Source: Octopus sinensis (lineage: Eukaryota). Taken from it: a DNA stretch of 64,000 nucleotides. The notes under the pieces were generated by a model, which was given only the letters and a program-made list of their open reading frames with translations, was not told the DNA's origin and searched no databases. The stretch is taken from positions 43,834,001-43,898,000 of the forward strand of contig NC_043008.1 of assembly GCF_006345805.1 (NCBI RefSeq). Direction: 5' to 3'. How positions within the stretch are numbered: position 1 is the stretch's first letter; each line of letters begins with the position of its first letter. Positions 42,892-57,254 of the stretch are shown here, one piece after another. The position numbers were made by a program, and so were the translations under genes.

Positions 42892-43041
42892 ATGAACATC
42901 TACCGACAACGTCCCCGGCAAAGCCGACATCGCCAAGCCATCAGTCTTCGTATCTCCAACGTTATCGCAGCGATTTCTTTCCCATTATTATTAACAGACG
43001 ACCTTTTATTGGAATGTGCAATTGTTCAGCTTCGGATCAAA
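42892..43041 (+). other. candidate 150-nt exon of an unidentified host transcript
   Basis: Acceptor-like ttttctgtttctaaatcag|, CpG-richer body, possible donor AAA|gtattt. Two frames are open (DEHLPTTSPAKPTSPSHQSSYLQRYRSDFFP...). No recognised homology. Confidence 0.2.
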
Positions 43042-43284
43042 GTATTTTAATGAATTTTAATTGCATAATTTCTTTATCCTGTATGGTATTAAAATACAGG
43101 AATCGCTTCAGAGAGTATATTAATTTTCTTTTTTAGTTGTTATTTTGTTTTCGTTTTGTGAACTGGTTGACGAGTCTGCTGGCCAGCAACTTCATCTAAC
43201 TTCGTTAATGTGTCGATGAATGGTTATTCTGGGACGATAAAATTTATTCGCTTTTCGACTATTGTCAATACTTCAATAGGAAGG

Positions 43285-43494
43285 AAGCCTCGACACGGTA
43301 TCGATCTACCTGAAATAGCAGCTAAATCTGCTTCAAATGACACCATATCGTTATAAATGCAACAGGGGCTTGTAGAAAATATAATCTTCAGTAAGGAAAA
43401 AGATCAAATGGCCTTTGGCCATGCATCTGCTCTGCTTCATCAGATTTAAACTGAAGCTAAACAAGAAGTAGTATTAGTAGTAGTAGTAGTAGTA

Positions 43495-43527
<33 letters not shown>

Positions 43528-44060
43528 GCAGCAGAAGAAGAAGAAGAAGAAGAAGAAGAAGCAGAAGAAGAAGAAGAAGAAGAAGAAGAAAACCAAAAAC
43601 AACAGCAGCCGGATAAAAACAACAAAAATCAACAGTGAAACCGGCATTGGTACAGTTGAGCCAATGACAGGAAATTTTCAAATGGCAGCCAAATTTCCTT
43701 CATAGAAGCAAGATTTTGAGAAATATAGAGCAATGTAAGCATAAATGTAGAATAGTCACATGTGACAAAAAACGTCAGCCGTGAATCTGCTCTACCGTTT
43801 TAGTGACAAGTTAGTCCCACCAGGGTGAAACTGCGGGCAAAACAACGCAAGCACAAATAAGGAAATCTATATTGATTGGAGGACTGCCAAGAGTTCACAG
43901 GAGCTGTTACACATAGTAGCCAGACCGACCTCAAATTATATCCCAAAGAAGGACATATTCTACAACGTATGCCTTGTTAATGGCTCTTATATCTTCGAGT
44001 AGGAAGCTCCTCTGCTAGTTCACAGCTGATCCTGGTTCGAATTACAACTACGCAACAAAA
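43285..44060 (+). repeat. three decayed copies of an old short interspersed repeat (family E)
   Basis: Motif gaaatagcagc(c/t)aaat..c.tcaaat.acacc recurs at 43311, 43680 and 43915. Variants occur at 23875, 29625(-), 37910 and 45748(-). Confidence 0.5.
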
Positions 44061-44755
44061 GAAAACAAAAATACTAAAAACCAAAATTAACAATAGAATA
44101 TCAAATAAGGTTTAGGTGGCGGTAGTGGTGGTGGTTCTTCATCGTTTGTCGACGAGGATTCAGCTGTTCGATCAAATGAATTAATTGGTTGACCAATTCA
44201 TTAAGACGTGTACCCGAAACGAAATTTTCAGGTCGTGCCAAGGCTGTATCTTTTGAATTACAGCTACAATTTACAAGACGGACTATGGAATGTCTTCTTC
44301 GCAGCTAGCAACGGATTCGCGTCTACAAATAACGACCAACTAGACTGCTATCCAAGCAATGGTATCCCTTAGATGGAAGGATACCATTGTGTCTTCCCAC
44401 TGTATCTGCCACGTGCTGTTAACAATATCCGACAAGGGAGATAACTACTCATCTATAAAACCCGTAGCGTGTCGCAGTATATCGCAGACAACTGTCTCCA
44501 TCTTTCCCTCTTTTCACACCTATATATGCAGTCAGTGGAAAGCGCGACTTATAACCTAATGGTTTGAACACAATTTATAAGGTCTGCACTCCACTCATTT
44601 GCTCGACGTGGTTTGACAACAACCTTCATAAATCCCAAATAGACTCGTGACAATGCCGACGAATTAAGCCTACTACATTTGTCGCATAACATGGCTTTTA
44701 GGGGGTTTAGGGTTATACAATTTACGCTGGCCGGTTTTAGGAAACCTGTATATAT

Positions 44756-44786
<31 letters not shown>

Positions 44787-46343
44787 GGATACACATAGGT
44801 AAATATAGACAGATATAGATTGATGTCTGTATGAGTCAGTTTGTGTATATATGCGTATGAGTGTGTGTGAATATATATATATATATATATATACGGACGT
44901 ATGTATATGAATATAGATAACTGTATGCATGTACATGTACACAAATATATATATATATATATATATATAAATACATATATATATATACATATATATATAC
45001 ATATATGTATATAACATAAATACATACACACACATATATATATATATATCGGTATGTGTTTATATACATATATATATATAAACGGATATATGTATATGAA
45101 TATATATGCATGCATGTATGTATGTATGTATGCATATATTTTTTGTATGTGCGTAAATAAATGTGCGTTTTTATGTGTTTGTGTGCATGTTTATATATCT
45201 GCATCAGCTAAAACTGGTTTTGTAGACTTAATTAAAACGCAATTTTGCCATAATAGAAAATTATATGTAACTTAATATATTGATGAGATAATAATTAATT
45301 ACAAGTTTACGTCATGTTATTTAATGTCTCCTTATGTATCAACTTTAACTTCCACACACTTTATCGGTCTCTACACTCACTTAACATGGTTATGTGAGTG
45401 TACACGGTGTTTTTCGTGCTAAATATATATATGTTATTTCAACCGGTACACCATGACAGGACAGACAGTTTCTCTATAGGCACAATGCCTGAAATTTTGA
45501 GAAAGGGACTAGTCTGTTACAGCGACCCCTGTGTTCACTTGGTACGTATTTTATCGATTCCAAAATTATGAAAGGCAAACTCGACGGCGGCGGAATTTGA
45601 ACTCAGAAAATCAAGACAGAGTGAGTGGCCAGACGTATGATAAATGGTATTTAACTTGTTACATTTAGAATCACGTCTGTATAGGGAAGATCTTACATTC
45701 ACAGGGCCCACTATTCCCTTTATTTAAATAGTAAATTGTGTTTTTATTGAGGAAGATTTGGCTGCTATTTTAACAGTTCGAATTATCACAGAGCAGCACA
45801 TGCTGGTTTACTATCTAAAAAATAGTTGTACAATTTGAGGAAGAATAGACTACTATTTTTGGCATTCGCTACATTGGAATATTATTGCTTCTTCTCCGTG
45901 GTGAGTTGGCAGTATCTTTAGTATGACGCATGCGCTGTGGATGTATAGTAAAAAGGAAAAGACTTTTACAACTCTCTCATATATCAAGAAAATTCAACGA
46001 ATTAATTTAATTAATTTACGGATGCTTTGACAGCTAAACTTCTACAAATATAGGCGTAGAACCCAAAGTCATCTTTAGTATGTGAAATGTCACTGTTAGC
46101 ACCGCAATAATTTATCTAATAACAGGATATGCACCGAATATTCAAATCTCTCTCATTTAGTCTGAAGTCTAGCAACTGTAGCTATAAATACAAATTCATA
46201 TTGGCTCTAGAAAGGATTTAATCAAGTTGGATATTCTTTACTGTCCACACTGAGACTGTATAGTACCCATAACAGAAATTTACGACTCTCCCACGTATCA
46301 GTCAATTTTAATTTATTAAATACGAATGAAGAGACAGTAAATA

Positions 46344-46796
<453 letters not shown>

Positions 46797-46804
46797 ATAT
46801 ATAT

Positions 46805-46844
<40 letters not shown>

Positions 46845-48839
46845 AGTGCGTTAGTCCGGCCGTGTGCGTTTGCGCTGTCTCTGTGTATTTTTTCCACACA
46901 CAAACATCTTACATAACACATTTAATTAAAATAAACGAAGTATTTTTGCCTTCAGACAGCTTAATAACTAATTAAAAATTAATTAAGGCTATAAAAATGC
47001 CTGAGTCAAGGAAATAATAATACAGAACTAGCGATTCTCGAATAAACCAGTTTAACTAAAATAGGCATATATTACACTGGCGGGACACAAAATTGTTTCC
47101 ACGTTTGATTTACGACTATAAGCCGGCGCAATGTAGCAGCTCTCCCTGTTACTGTAGTATTTATAAAGAACAAATGTGAGGAATTCGGAGTGTGTAGCAA
47201 GAGGTAAAAATGCAAAAGTTCTAATATTTATCTCAAATTTCTGTCTAGTTGCTGTAGCGTGTTATATTGAGGGAAATCTTACAGTTAGACGTGGAATATA
47301 TCCATGCAAGTTCTGCACTTAAAATGGGACATGTAACATGTAAAAAAACGATGAGTTTTGTATATTAATGGGATATTCCTCGCCACACCCACATACACAA
47401 ATACAGCATACATATTGTATCTCTCTCTCTCTCTCCTTTCCTGTACACACACACAAATACACACACGCGCGCATATACCAAGTCAAATTCTGGGATCGTT
47501 GATATTGACTAACCTCACTTTCTCAAAACTGCTGGTCTTGTATCTAAATCAGAAACCACATGGATCAAGCTCCGCAGTTTTAGTTCTAATCAAGTTTTTA
47601 ACACAGAATGAGGTTTTTAATGGAGGGCCTCCATGACACGTATTGTTTTGGAGTGAAAGTAATTAAACGTAGAGCATGTTTTTATTTTACATGAAAGAGC
47701 TACTGAATAAGATAAAGAGCAGATAAGATAAAGTACCTGACCAGTATTGGAATGGAACTAAGCGTAAACACCTTTCCTAAAATTCATTGGTTTTTGTATC
47801 AAAATTAGAAAAGAATGTTAGCTAGATTTGCTAGAGATAACAGCCGAATAATTAGCCCTTGATGTTTTAGATGTAGGAAATATCAATATATCAAAAATTT
47901 CTCTTTATTTACAAACTATTCGTACTTAAAGTATATACAACTCTACTGTAAGAAATTTGTTGATTAAAAAGTTCCTGATTGTCGACGGTGAAATTGTTAT
48001 AATTAATTGGTGATTTAGAAACACGACCGCTGTTTAATTGGTGGGAAACAACGCCTTCCGCTGGATGTTTTTCGACAGCTCTTATAAAAACACACGCGCT
48101 CGCGCCCACACACGCACTACGAGTTCAATATCGATCAAAAACTGCTGTTAAAAAATACAACAAAAAAAGCGAGAAATACAAAAAAAAATCTCTGAACGCC
48201 ACATCTGTTTGACTGGCCGTAAATGTTCATGTTTCTCATCAGACAGCCAGGAAGCATGTGAGACATATATTGAAACAGGCTAACATTGTTTTCTGACACG
48301 AGCACTAGAAAAACATCTAGATTACAATTCCCATATTATTGCCATTTGCCATAATTGTTCAGTGGAAGCATTAGCAGAAATATTTATGAAGAAAAGATGA
48401 CTAAATAAATGTTACTAAATATAGATCGATGAGAAAATAGTAATTTATGAGGCATGAAATGAGAACCAAGGTACAGATCGATAGATCTAATTAAAAGTAT
48501 TCATTGATGAAATGCCGTAGACAAACACTTTGATTACAATGAGAATTAACGAGCTGTGTGACAAAGAACTTACCTGATGGCTGTTCCAAAAATAGTTCCA
48601 ATCAGTTTAACTAACCATACCTTTCAACTTATGCTTCATTTAATTAATATATGTTTAGTAAATGTAGTATATTTTTAGACACCTGAGCAATTAAGTGGGC
48701 GATTTAATGTGTTACCCAAATAAAATAAACATTAGCTGCATCGCAGATGTGTTCAGCTGGGTGCGATCTGTTGCAGTCACTCAAAATATCTATAACATTG
48801 TCAGGGGGCCGAAGAAAGATTACATTCTGATGGTTTATG

Positions 48840-50115
48840 GCAACCTTTCTGGGATGGAATATATAAAATGAGATCAGAGGTGTTAGGTTTTAAGAGAAGA
48901 CAGCACCGAGACTGGTTTGATTACAATAATACAGAGATAAATGAGCCTTTAGCAAGAAAGAGATCCACTCATGGAAAGCTTCTTAACCCAAACATTAAGA
49001 ACAAAGTGCGACTAGAAAATTGTACAAGTCTCAGAAAGCAGACTTGCAAAAAGAACTCAGGAAGCTTAAAGACATTCGGTGGACAAATTTGTCTGAGAAA
49101 GTACAGGCAGTCTATGACAGAAAAGACATTAAAAGTTTCTATAGTTTATTGCGGCAAGCTTTTGGACCGCGCTCTTCCTCATATGTTCCCCTGAAGTCAA
49201 AAGAGGGAAATGAGGTTATTAAAGATCCTCCTGGAATAATGAATAAATGTAGAGAACAATTTGCAGATCTTCTCCACATTCCGTGTTTAGGGAACATGGA
49301 TACCAAACAGAAATAGTGCAACACATGAAGGATACAGATTCCACTGAAGAAGTAAATCTAACATTATGTAAACTGAGATCAGGTGAAACTGGAATGGATG
49401 GTATTCCAGGTGAAATTCTGAAAGTAAGTGGGGATCATATTTCATCCGAAATGCATTGCATGATAAATCGAGTTTGGAACGTATCTTCTGTACCACAAGA
49501 ATGGATAAATGCCATTCTAATCTCTGTATACAATGGTAAGGGCCCAAAAGCAGTGTGTGGTAATTCTAGAGGGATATGCCAAATATATAATTCTGGCATA
49601 TACCTGGAAGATACTTTCAAGGATCATGTTAGATCGTCTCGTTAAGAATGTATGGCCACATGTGATTCCTGAAGAACAGTGTAGTTTCAAATACGAGCGA
49701 GGAACAATGGACCTAATGTTTTCTGCGAGGCAGGTTCGAGAGAAATGCTTAGAGGAACAAATGCCACTATACCTGGTCTTCATAGATTTAACAAAGCATT
49801 TGATACGGTAAACAGGGAGACACTGTGGATTATTTTGTGTAAACTTGGTTGCCCAACACATTTTGTGAGCATCTTTAAGGATCTACACAGAAACATGAAA
49901 CATCTGGTAGACCTTAATTGTGAGCTATATCATGAATTTTCGGTAGACAATGGTATCAAAGGGGGAGATATTCCTGACCCCTACACTTTCCCCTATTTAT
50001 TTTGCTGAATTACTTTTTTGTTGAAGGATTGCAACAGGGGAATCGGAATCAGATTTCGGACATCTGGTCGCATTTTTAATTTGACCCAATACTGGACTGG
50101 TACTAAATCATATCA
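48840..50115 (+). mobile_element. RTE (BovB-like) LINE, decayed reverse transcriptase region
   Basis: LGFKRRQHRDWFDYNNTEI; GMDGIPGEILK; KGPKAVCGNSRGI; PEEQCSFKYERGTMDLMFSARQVREKCLEEQMPLYLVFIDLTK/AFDTVNRETLW..L.KLGCP; NGIKGG. Multiple frameshifts. Confidence 0.93.
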
Positions 50116-50149
50116 AACACGGGAGGATGAAAGGCAAAATCGATATTTT

Positions 50150-50484
50150 ATGCATTTGGAGTTAGGATATAAAATGGCATTGCTTCGGTTATGACGACGA
50201 GTGTTCCAGTTGATCTAATGAAACGGAACAGCCTCGTCTTGAAAGTAACGTGGCTGAGTACTCCACAGACATGCTTACTCTTAGCGTAGTTCTGAGGGAG
50301 ATTCAGCATAACACAGACTGTGATAAAGTTGGCGCCTAGAATAGCTGCTACAACACAATTTCGCTTGCTGGGTGGAATGGAGAAAAGTAAAATAAAGTGT
50401 CTGTTCAAGGAAACAATACGCTGCCGGGAATTGAACTAATGAATTTACAAAGGTGAGCACAACCCTCTAACCACAGAGCCACGC
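50150..50484 (-). mobile_element. tRNA-headed SINE family D-like (tail type 3), diverged
   Basis: Minus-strand head gcgtggctctgtggttagagg...agttcaattcccggcagcg..ttgtttccttgaacagacactttattt. Confidence 0.65.
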
Positions 50485-51295
50485 TCCTTTGAAACTTGGA
50501 ACATAAAACCGGAAGAAATGCCATTAGCAGTTTCCCTCCGTGGTAACAATTCTGCCATCTCGCTGCCATTAATGTAGTTAGTGCATTGGACTTCGTTGAA
50601 GACCCCTTTTTTTTATCAATCAATTCATATCTACGTTGATATTTAGCCTAAAGCTAGTCATGAATGAGAAGAGATACATTTATAAGCATTCCAATGCTTA
50701 GCATCTCATCTTTCTGAATGTAAACTCAAATACCTTCCTACTCGAAGTTAGTAGTTTGGGATTTAAAAAGAGTTTGGTTGTTATTTTCACTTGTTGAGCA
50801 ACCACATACAGGTTACCCTTTTGCCTCGTGTTTGAAACACTGTTAATGTTTGTGCACAGCACTAGGTTTACCGATCTAATGAAAGAGAAATGATTGAACG
50901 CAAAGAAAGAAGGATGTTAAATAAACAGAGTTGCTAAAGAAATAGGATATTGATTAGGGCTTATCAGAAATTTGTCTCATTATTTATCATTATATACGAG
51001 ATTTCTGAATAAATATAGGACTAAGCACTTAACGCTAAGTTTATATCCGTAACAAAGTGTGTATGTGTGTGTGTGAATGTATTTGTGTTTATGTATATGC
51101 CTGTCTATCAGCATGTGTTGTTGAGTACGTGCGTAGGTGTGTATATATACTTATATTTCTACAATTAAATCTCATTAGCGTTAGCATACATACTTTTATG
51201 TACATTTGTATTGACTTTCTCGCTTGGTAATATCTTTCCCTCAGCACACGCACAAATGTAATTATGTTTTTGAAAATAATGGCCCTTCATACTGG

Positions 51296-51379
51296 AGGCT
51301 CCGATGAAGCTATAAGGCGTTATTCACGCATTAAACTATGAGTGCCTACTACATTCTATAGCAGAAACAGCTGTAAGGC
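51296..51379 (+). ncRNA. hammerhead-like motif with extended stem II (family H3)
   Basis: CCGATGA-a-gctata...tatagc-a-GAAA-cagctg-TA. Related copies at 55230-55299(-) and 44650-44710. Confidence 0.55.
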
Positions 51380-51429
51380 AATAAAGCTCATAACTTAACT
51401 ATTGTTTTTTCTGTCATCGCTTTTTCTTA

Positions 51430-51495
<66 letters not shown>

Positions 51496-51843
51496 GTGTG
51501 TGTGTGTGTGTGTGTGTGTGTTATGTGTTTAAATGTACACTGTATTTATATGAATAATATATAGTCTATTGACTAATTTTTCTATACGCTAGGCCACTGG
51601 TAGTAAAAATGTCTAAAAGTTTTATTACCCTGATAATATTAATTGTATATATTTATATATATTAAACTTAATCAAAGGACATTATAAGTATGTCTACCTG
51701 CTGGAAATAACAGTAAAAACTCTCATTTAAATCGCTAAAATTCACTGATAATAATTGAGTGAATGATGACTTCGCAAATATTTGCTTCTGAAAGATTTGT
51801 TCCGTACACACACGCACTCGCACACACACACACACGCACACAC

Positions 51844-51874
<31 letters not shown>

Positions 51875-51913
51875 CCCACATATACATGTATACATGTCCT
51901 ATGATATATATAC

Positions 51914-52114
51914 ATTCTTTTACTCTTTTATTTGTTTCAGTCATTTGACTGTGGCCATGCTGAAGCACCACCTTTAGTCGAGCAAATCGACCCCAGGGTT
52001 TTTTATTTGTAAGCCTAGTACTATTTCTATCGATCCCTTTGGCCGAACCGCTAAGTTATGGGGACTTAAACACACCAGCATCGGTTGTCAAGCGATGTTG
52101 GTTGACAAACACAG

Positions 52115-52157
<43 letters not shown>

Positions 52158-52322
52158 CACACGTATACACGATGGGCGTCTTTCAGTTTCCATCTACCAA
52201 ATCCACTTACAAGGCTCTGTTCGGACCGAGGCTATAGTAGAAGACACTTGCCCAAGGTGCCATGCAGTGCGACTGAACCCTGAACCATGTGGTTGATAAG
52301 CAAGCTACTTACCACACAGCCA
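51914..52322 (-). mobile_element. SINE family A, full length
   Basis: Reverse complement of the consensus. Confidence 0.92.
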
Positions 52323-52848
52323 TATACAGAACATGGTGGAAATTCTAAAAGAAAATGTGTTTCAAATAGCTTTTGAAAACCCAAATCAATTAAACGTCCA
52401 TCAGAAGAAGAAGAATAAAAAAGACGCATGTTGAACTGAAGACGAGATGAAGACGGCTGTCGGGTTGACGAGGGCCGATTACCATAAATACAGAGAAAAT
52501 CGCTGTAAATGCATTTAAAATTATGCTGTATACAAACGCAACATGAGACCGTCTTGGGCCACGTATTTTATTATAGTAGTTAAACTTATCGATTACTGTA
52601 TGCATATGTTAAACATTTATAAAATGCGTATAAACACTATGTATTTGGCTAATGGCATTAATTATGAAGTGTATAAACGCTTTTATGAGAAAATAATACA
52701 GTGTTTAGAAAATTTCGTGGGTGTTAGGGAAAATGAACCCTCGAGGGTAATAAAATTATTGAACGAAATAAACCGAATTAAATATGCATGCGATGAAGAT
52801 GTAAACAAAATATATTGGTAATGCAATTTGTGTAAAATTGATATGCGA

Positions 52849-52883
<35 letters not shown>

Positions 52884-52886
<3 letters not shown>

Positions 52887-53160
52887 TCTTTTACTCTTTT
52901 ACTTGTTTCAGTCATTTGACTGCGGCCATGCTGGAGCACCACCTTTAGTCGAGCAAATCGACCCCGGGACTTATTCTTTTGTAAGCCCAGTACTTATTCT
53001 ATCGACGGGCTTCTTTCAGTTTCCGTCTATCAAATCCACTCACAAGGCTTTGGTCGGCCCGAGGGTATAGTAAAAGAAACTTGCGCAAGGTGCCACGCAG
53101 TGGGACTGAACCCGGAACCATGTGGTTGGTAAACAAGCTACTTACCACACAGCCACTCCT
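52884..53160 (-). mobile_element. SINE family A with internal deletion removing the microsatellite
   Basis: tacttattctatc joined directly to gacgggcttctttc at ~53003. Confidence 0.9.
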
Positions 53161-53200
53161 CGAAGATATATATATATATCTTCGAAATGAAAGACGGAAA

Positions 53201-53619
53201 ATGGAATATACGATAATTTCTTATTACTCACGACGATTGCTTCGACACATCTAGCCTCGATTCCATACGAGTGAGACACTCAATAACTGGTTTAGGAGCA
53301 GTTGTTTTTAATAAGGTTCTCGAATTATTGCGTATACATTTTTCTTTTTTATCCATCTGTGATTTTTTGGGGATCTCGGTAAATGAAAATATTTCCTCCT
53401 CTTCTCGCTTCTTTTCTTTCTACAAGACAGGAAGTTACATTGCAAAAATGTTATTTTAATTGTTATTTTAACGGGTTGTGTCTATTTATCGCCCGATGAG
53501 ATATATCTACACCGCCGGATGCTCCTGAACCAGTTGTTGCGTGTCTCACCCGTTAGGGATAGATGCAAGATGTGTTGAAACAGTTGTCGTGATTAATAAT
53601 AAATTCTCGTATATTCCAT
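53201..53619. mobile_element. ~100-bp inverted repeat pair with decayed hammerhead-like motifs (H6)
   Basis: 53201-53300 versus 53520-53619. Right arm reads tcac...GAAA-cagttg-TC-gtga. Confidence 0.65.
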
Positions 53620-53678
53620 AACGATCACTGTGAAAGTGTCCGTGCATTACAAGTAAGCTACCAAGTCTAAACAATTCG

Positions 53679-53735
<57 letters not shown>

Positions 53736-53790
53736 ATATGTATGTATATATACACGCATATATACATAGATACATCCGTAAATACATGAA

Positions 53791-53826
<36 letters not shown>

Positions 53827-53891
53827 ATTCATATATTAATTATATATGTATTTATCTATCTCTATGTATGTAGGTATCTATCTATATACAT

Positions 53892-54179
53892 GTGTTACCC
53901 CATCCTCCATATTCACCAGATGTTGCTCTTTCGGATTTCCATTTATTCACGTCCCTGCAGAATAGTCTTATTGGTAAAAATTTCAATTCCTTGGATGACG
54001 TAAAAAAGTACCTTGATGAATTCTTTGCCATGAAAACACCTCAGTTCTGAGAATGGAGTATTTTCAAGTTAAAGGAAAGATGCAGACGCATTGTGCAACA
54101 AAATGGTTCATATGGCAAGTATTTATTGACCTTTTTCTTTCCTTTAAAAATCGGCACGAACTTTCCGGACAGCCTAATA
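53892..54179 (+). mobile_element. mariner transposon 3' fragment with right TIR
   Basis: VLPHPPYSPDVALSDFHLFTSLQNSLIGKNFNSLDDVKKYLDEFFAMK..F*..SIFKLKERCRRIVQQNGSY; TIR aaaaatcggcacgaactttccggacagcctaata. Confidence 0.93.
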
Positions 54180-54314
54180 CTTGTATATATATTTATATAG
54201 TTATTATCATCTGCGGTAATATAAATAGTCGATAACAACAACAACAACAACAATATAGGTGGTTGCAGACTTAAAATAAAATTAGATATCTATAGAATTA
54301 GGATTTATATCAAT

Positions 54315-54447
54315 CATATGTCATAAGGGCGCACAAGGCGTCTACCCGCTAGAAAGAGAAGTTAAAACCTTCATTTAAACTTTATTTAAATTAGGCTTTT
54401 AACTACTCTGTCTAGCATAGGTGCATTGCGCGCCCTTATGATATATG
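54315..54447. other. ~130-nt fold-back palindrome (MITE-like or hairpin RNA)
   Basis: catatgtcataagggcgcacaa...gctaga.agag.agttaaaa.cct..atttaaa / tttaaat..agg.ttttaact.ctct.tctagc...ttgcgcgcccttatgatatatg. Confidence 0.75.
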
Positions 54448-54528
54448 TATATCTATCTACCTACACACACACACATAAACACACATATTTATATACTCTA
54501 TTTAAAAGCAGCAGAAATATAACACAAG

Positions 54529-54566
54529 CTGTTACTCAGAGTTTCACGTTCCCGATCGTCGGACAG
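54529..54566 (-). ncRNA. minimal hammerhead ribozyme-like motif (family H1)
   Basis: Minus strand: ctgt-CCGACGA-tcgggaacgt-GAAA-ctc-t-gag-TA-acag; stems I and III intact. Confidence 0.65.
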
Positions 54567-55126
54567 TTTTTTTTTAAATAGAACAGAAATAATGATATGA
54601 TCAAAACTAGGTAAAGGATACACCTTTTAAAATGGATTTGTTCCATTGGTCCTTTCAATTAACGGTCTTAAGCATGCAATGAAAAAAATAAAGAAAATAA
54701 ATGAATTCAATATAAATTCATCCTATTATAAACAATCGAGGAATAACCTTAAATCGAAGGGCGGATTCAAAATACATATTGCAAATAATTAGATACGAAA
54801 TATAATTCAATTATACATTAAAATAAAAATTTTAATTTTAACGCTGCATATTATATATATATACACATACTAAACAATCATGATACATATATACATCAAA
54901 ATACACAGATAAATATACACACCCTACATTCATATGTTGTTCCTAGTTTAGTGTCCTTGCTTGAATTCTTTCGTTACATATTCTGTGTCCTCTGCAATGA
55001 CTCTCCACTCCATTACAGGTCTCCTGTCCCGTACGATGGAGAGTCGCTGAAGAGCTCAGATGAAGAGGCAGACGAAAAATTTCAGATTAGAGCACCAGAA
55101 TATATATATGTATATGTGTGTATGTG

Positions 55127-55159
<33 letters not shown>

Positions 55160-55634
55160 TGTGTGTGTGTTTGTGTGTGTACATGAATTTAATTCCGGGC
55201 ATATGATGGCAAGGTCCGAACCCCCTGCATAGCCGTTGTTTCTGCGATAGAATGTAGTGGTGTCAGAGTTAAGTACACCTTAGAGTTTCATCGGAGCCTC
55301 GAGTTTGAAGTGCAACTCATATTCGAAACAGAATTTACATCCGTGCGATATACGCTTAAAAAAAGTACAGAAAGCGAAAACAACTGAAGTCGATATATTC
55401 TACCGAAAATTCCTCGAGCCCATACCCGAGCATGAGCGCAGTCCAATGACTGAAATAGGCAAAATATAAATTATGTGTGTGTGTGTGTGTCTGTTGTGTC
55501 TTTGTGTGTGAATATATATATATATATATAATGTGAGGTATATTTGCCATCTCAATATAGCTAACCACTAAGGGTGGATGTTACTGTAGCTTGTAGCCCC
55601 AGGAGAACATCTCCTCCAGCTGGCTTTAGGCACA

Positions 55635-56340
<706 letters not shown>

Positions 56341-56944
56341 GTATGTATGTATATATACACATACACACACATCTACCCACGTTCACACTGAGTCTATTTT
56401 TACCATATTTATTGCACCAACAATTACAGCAATTCCCAGTGCTATAAATAAATAAAGGTTAAAAGAAACGTGTCCTCCGTTTCACACATCATTGAATTCC
56501 CATTAGGTTTTACAACAACATCGATAATTATTCCTGTATTACCACAGTGAAATGTGGTTACTAAGTGTGATGGGGATTTCCATAAACACTTATTTATATT
56601 TATAGAATGACTGATGTCATATAACTACCGTTCGATCGTACTTCTTGGGGATTTTGAGCCAGTGTGTTCTACCGTAGCTATAGCGCCACCCATAATTAGC
56701 AAGGGTGAATTATGTTGCCGGAAACTATGAAGAAACCTGTCTCCCACTCTTTTTCTCTCAAACGCACACATATATACGAATGCATATACATTTATGCATA
56801 TACATATGTGTGCGTTTATATATATATACATATGTATATATACTCGTGCGCGTACGAATCTATGTATTTCCCTCTCTCTCTCTCTCAATCTCTATACACA
56901 CATGGACATATATAAATATTTATGTATATGTGTATATATGTAAA

Positions 56945-56983
<39 letters not shown>

Positions 56984-57189
56984 ATGAATGTGTATGTACA
57001 TATAAACACACACATATATATATATATATACATGTATATGCTTGTACATATATTTTATATGTATGAAAGTGTATATACATATATATATATGTAAGTATAT
57101 ATAAATATATATACATATGTGTGTATATATATATGAGTATATATATATATAGATATAGATATATATCTATATCTATCTATCTATGTATC

Positions 57190-57254
<65 letters not shown>

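Noticed and set aside
44356-44388. Short hairpin caatggtatcc...ggataccattg
   Set aside because: Isolated 11-13-bp stem, too short to assign a function.
55045-55097. Hammerhead-like ctgaaga/cagatga...gaaa
   Set aside because: No consistent stem II/III register; not counted.
55545-55640. Possible twister or HDV-like ribozyme (gttactg...agcccc)
   Set aside because: The required pseudoknot pairings could not be assembled on either strand.
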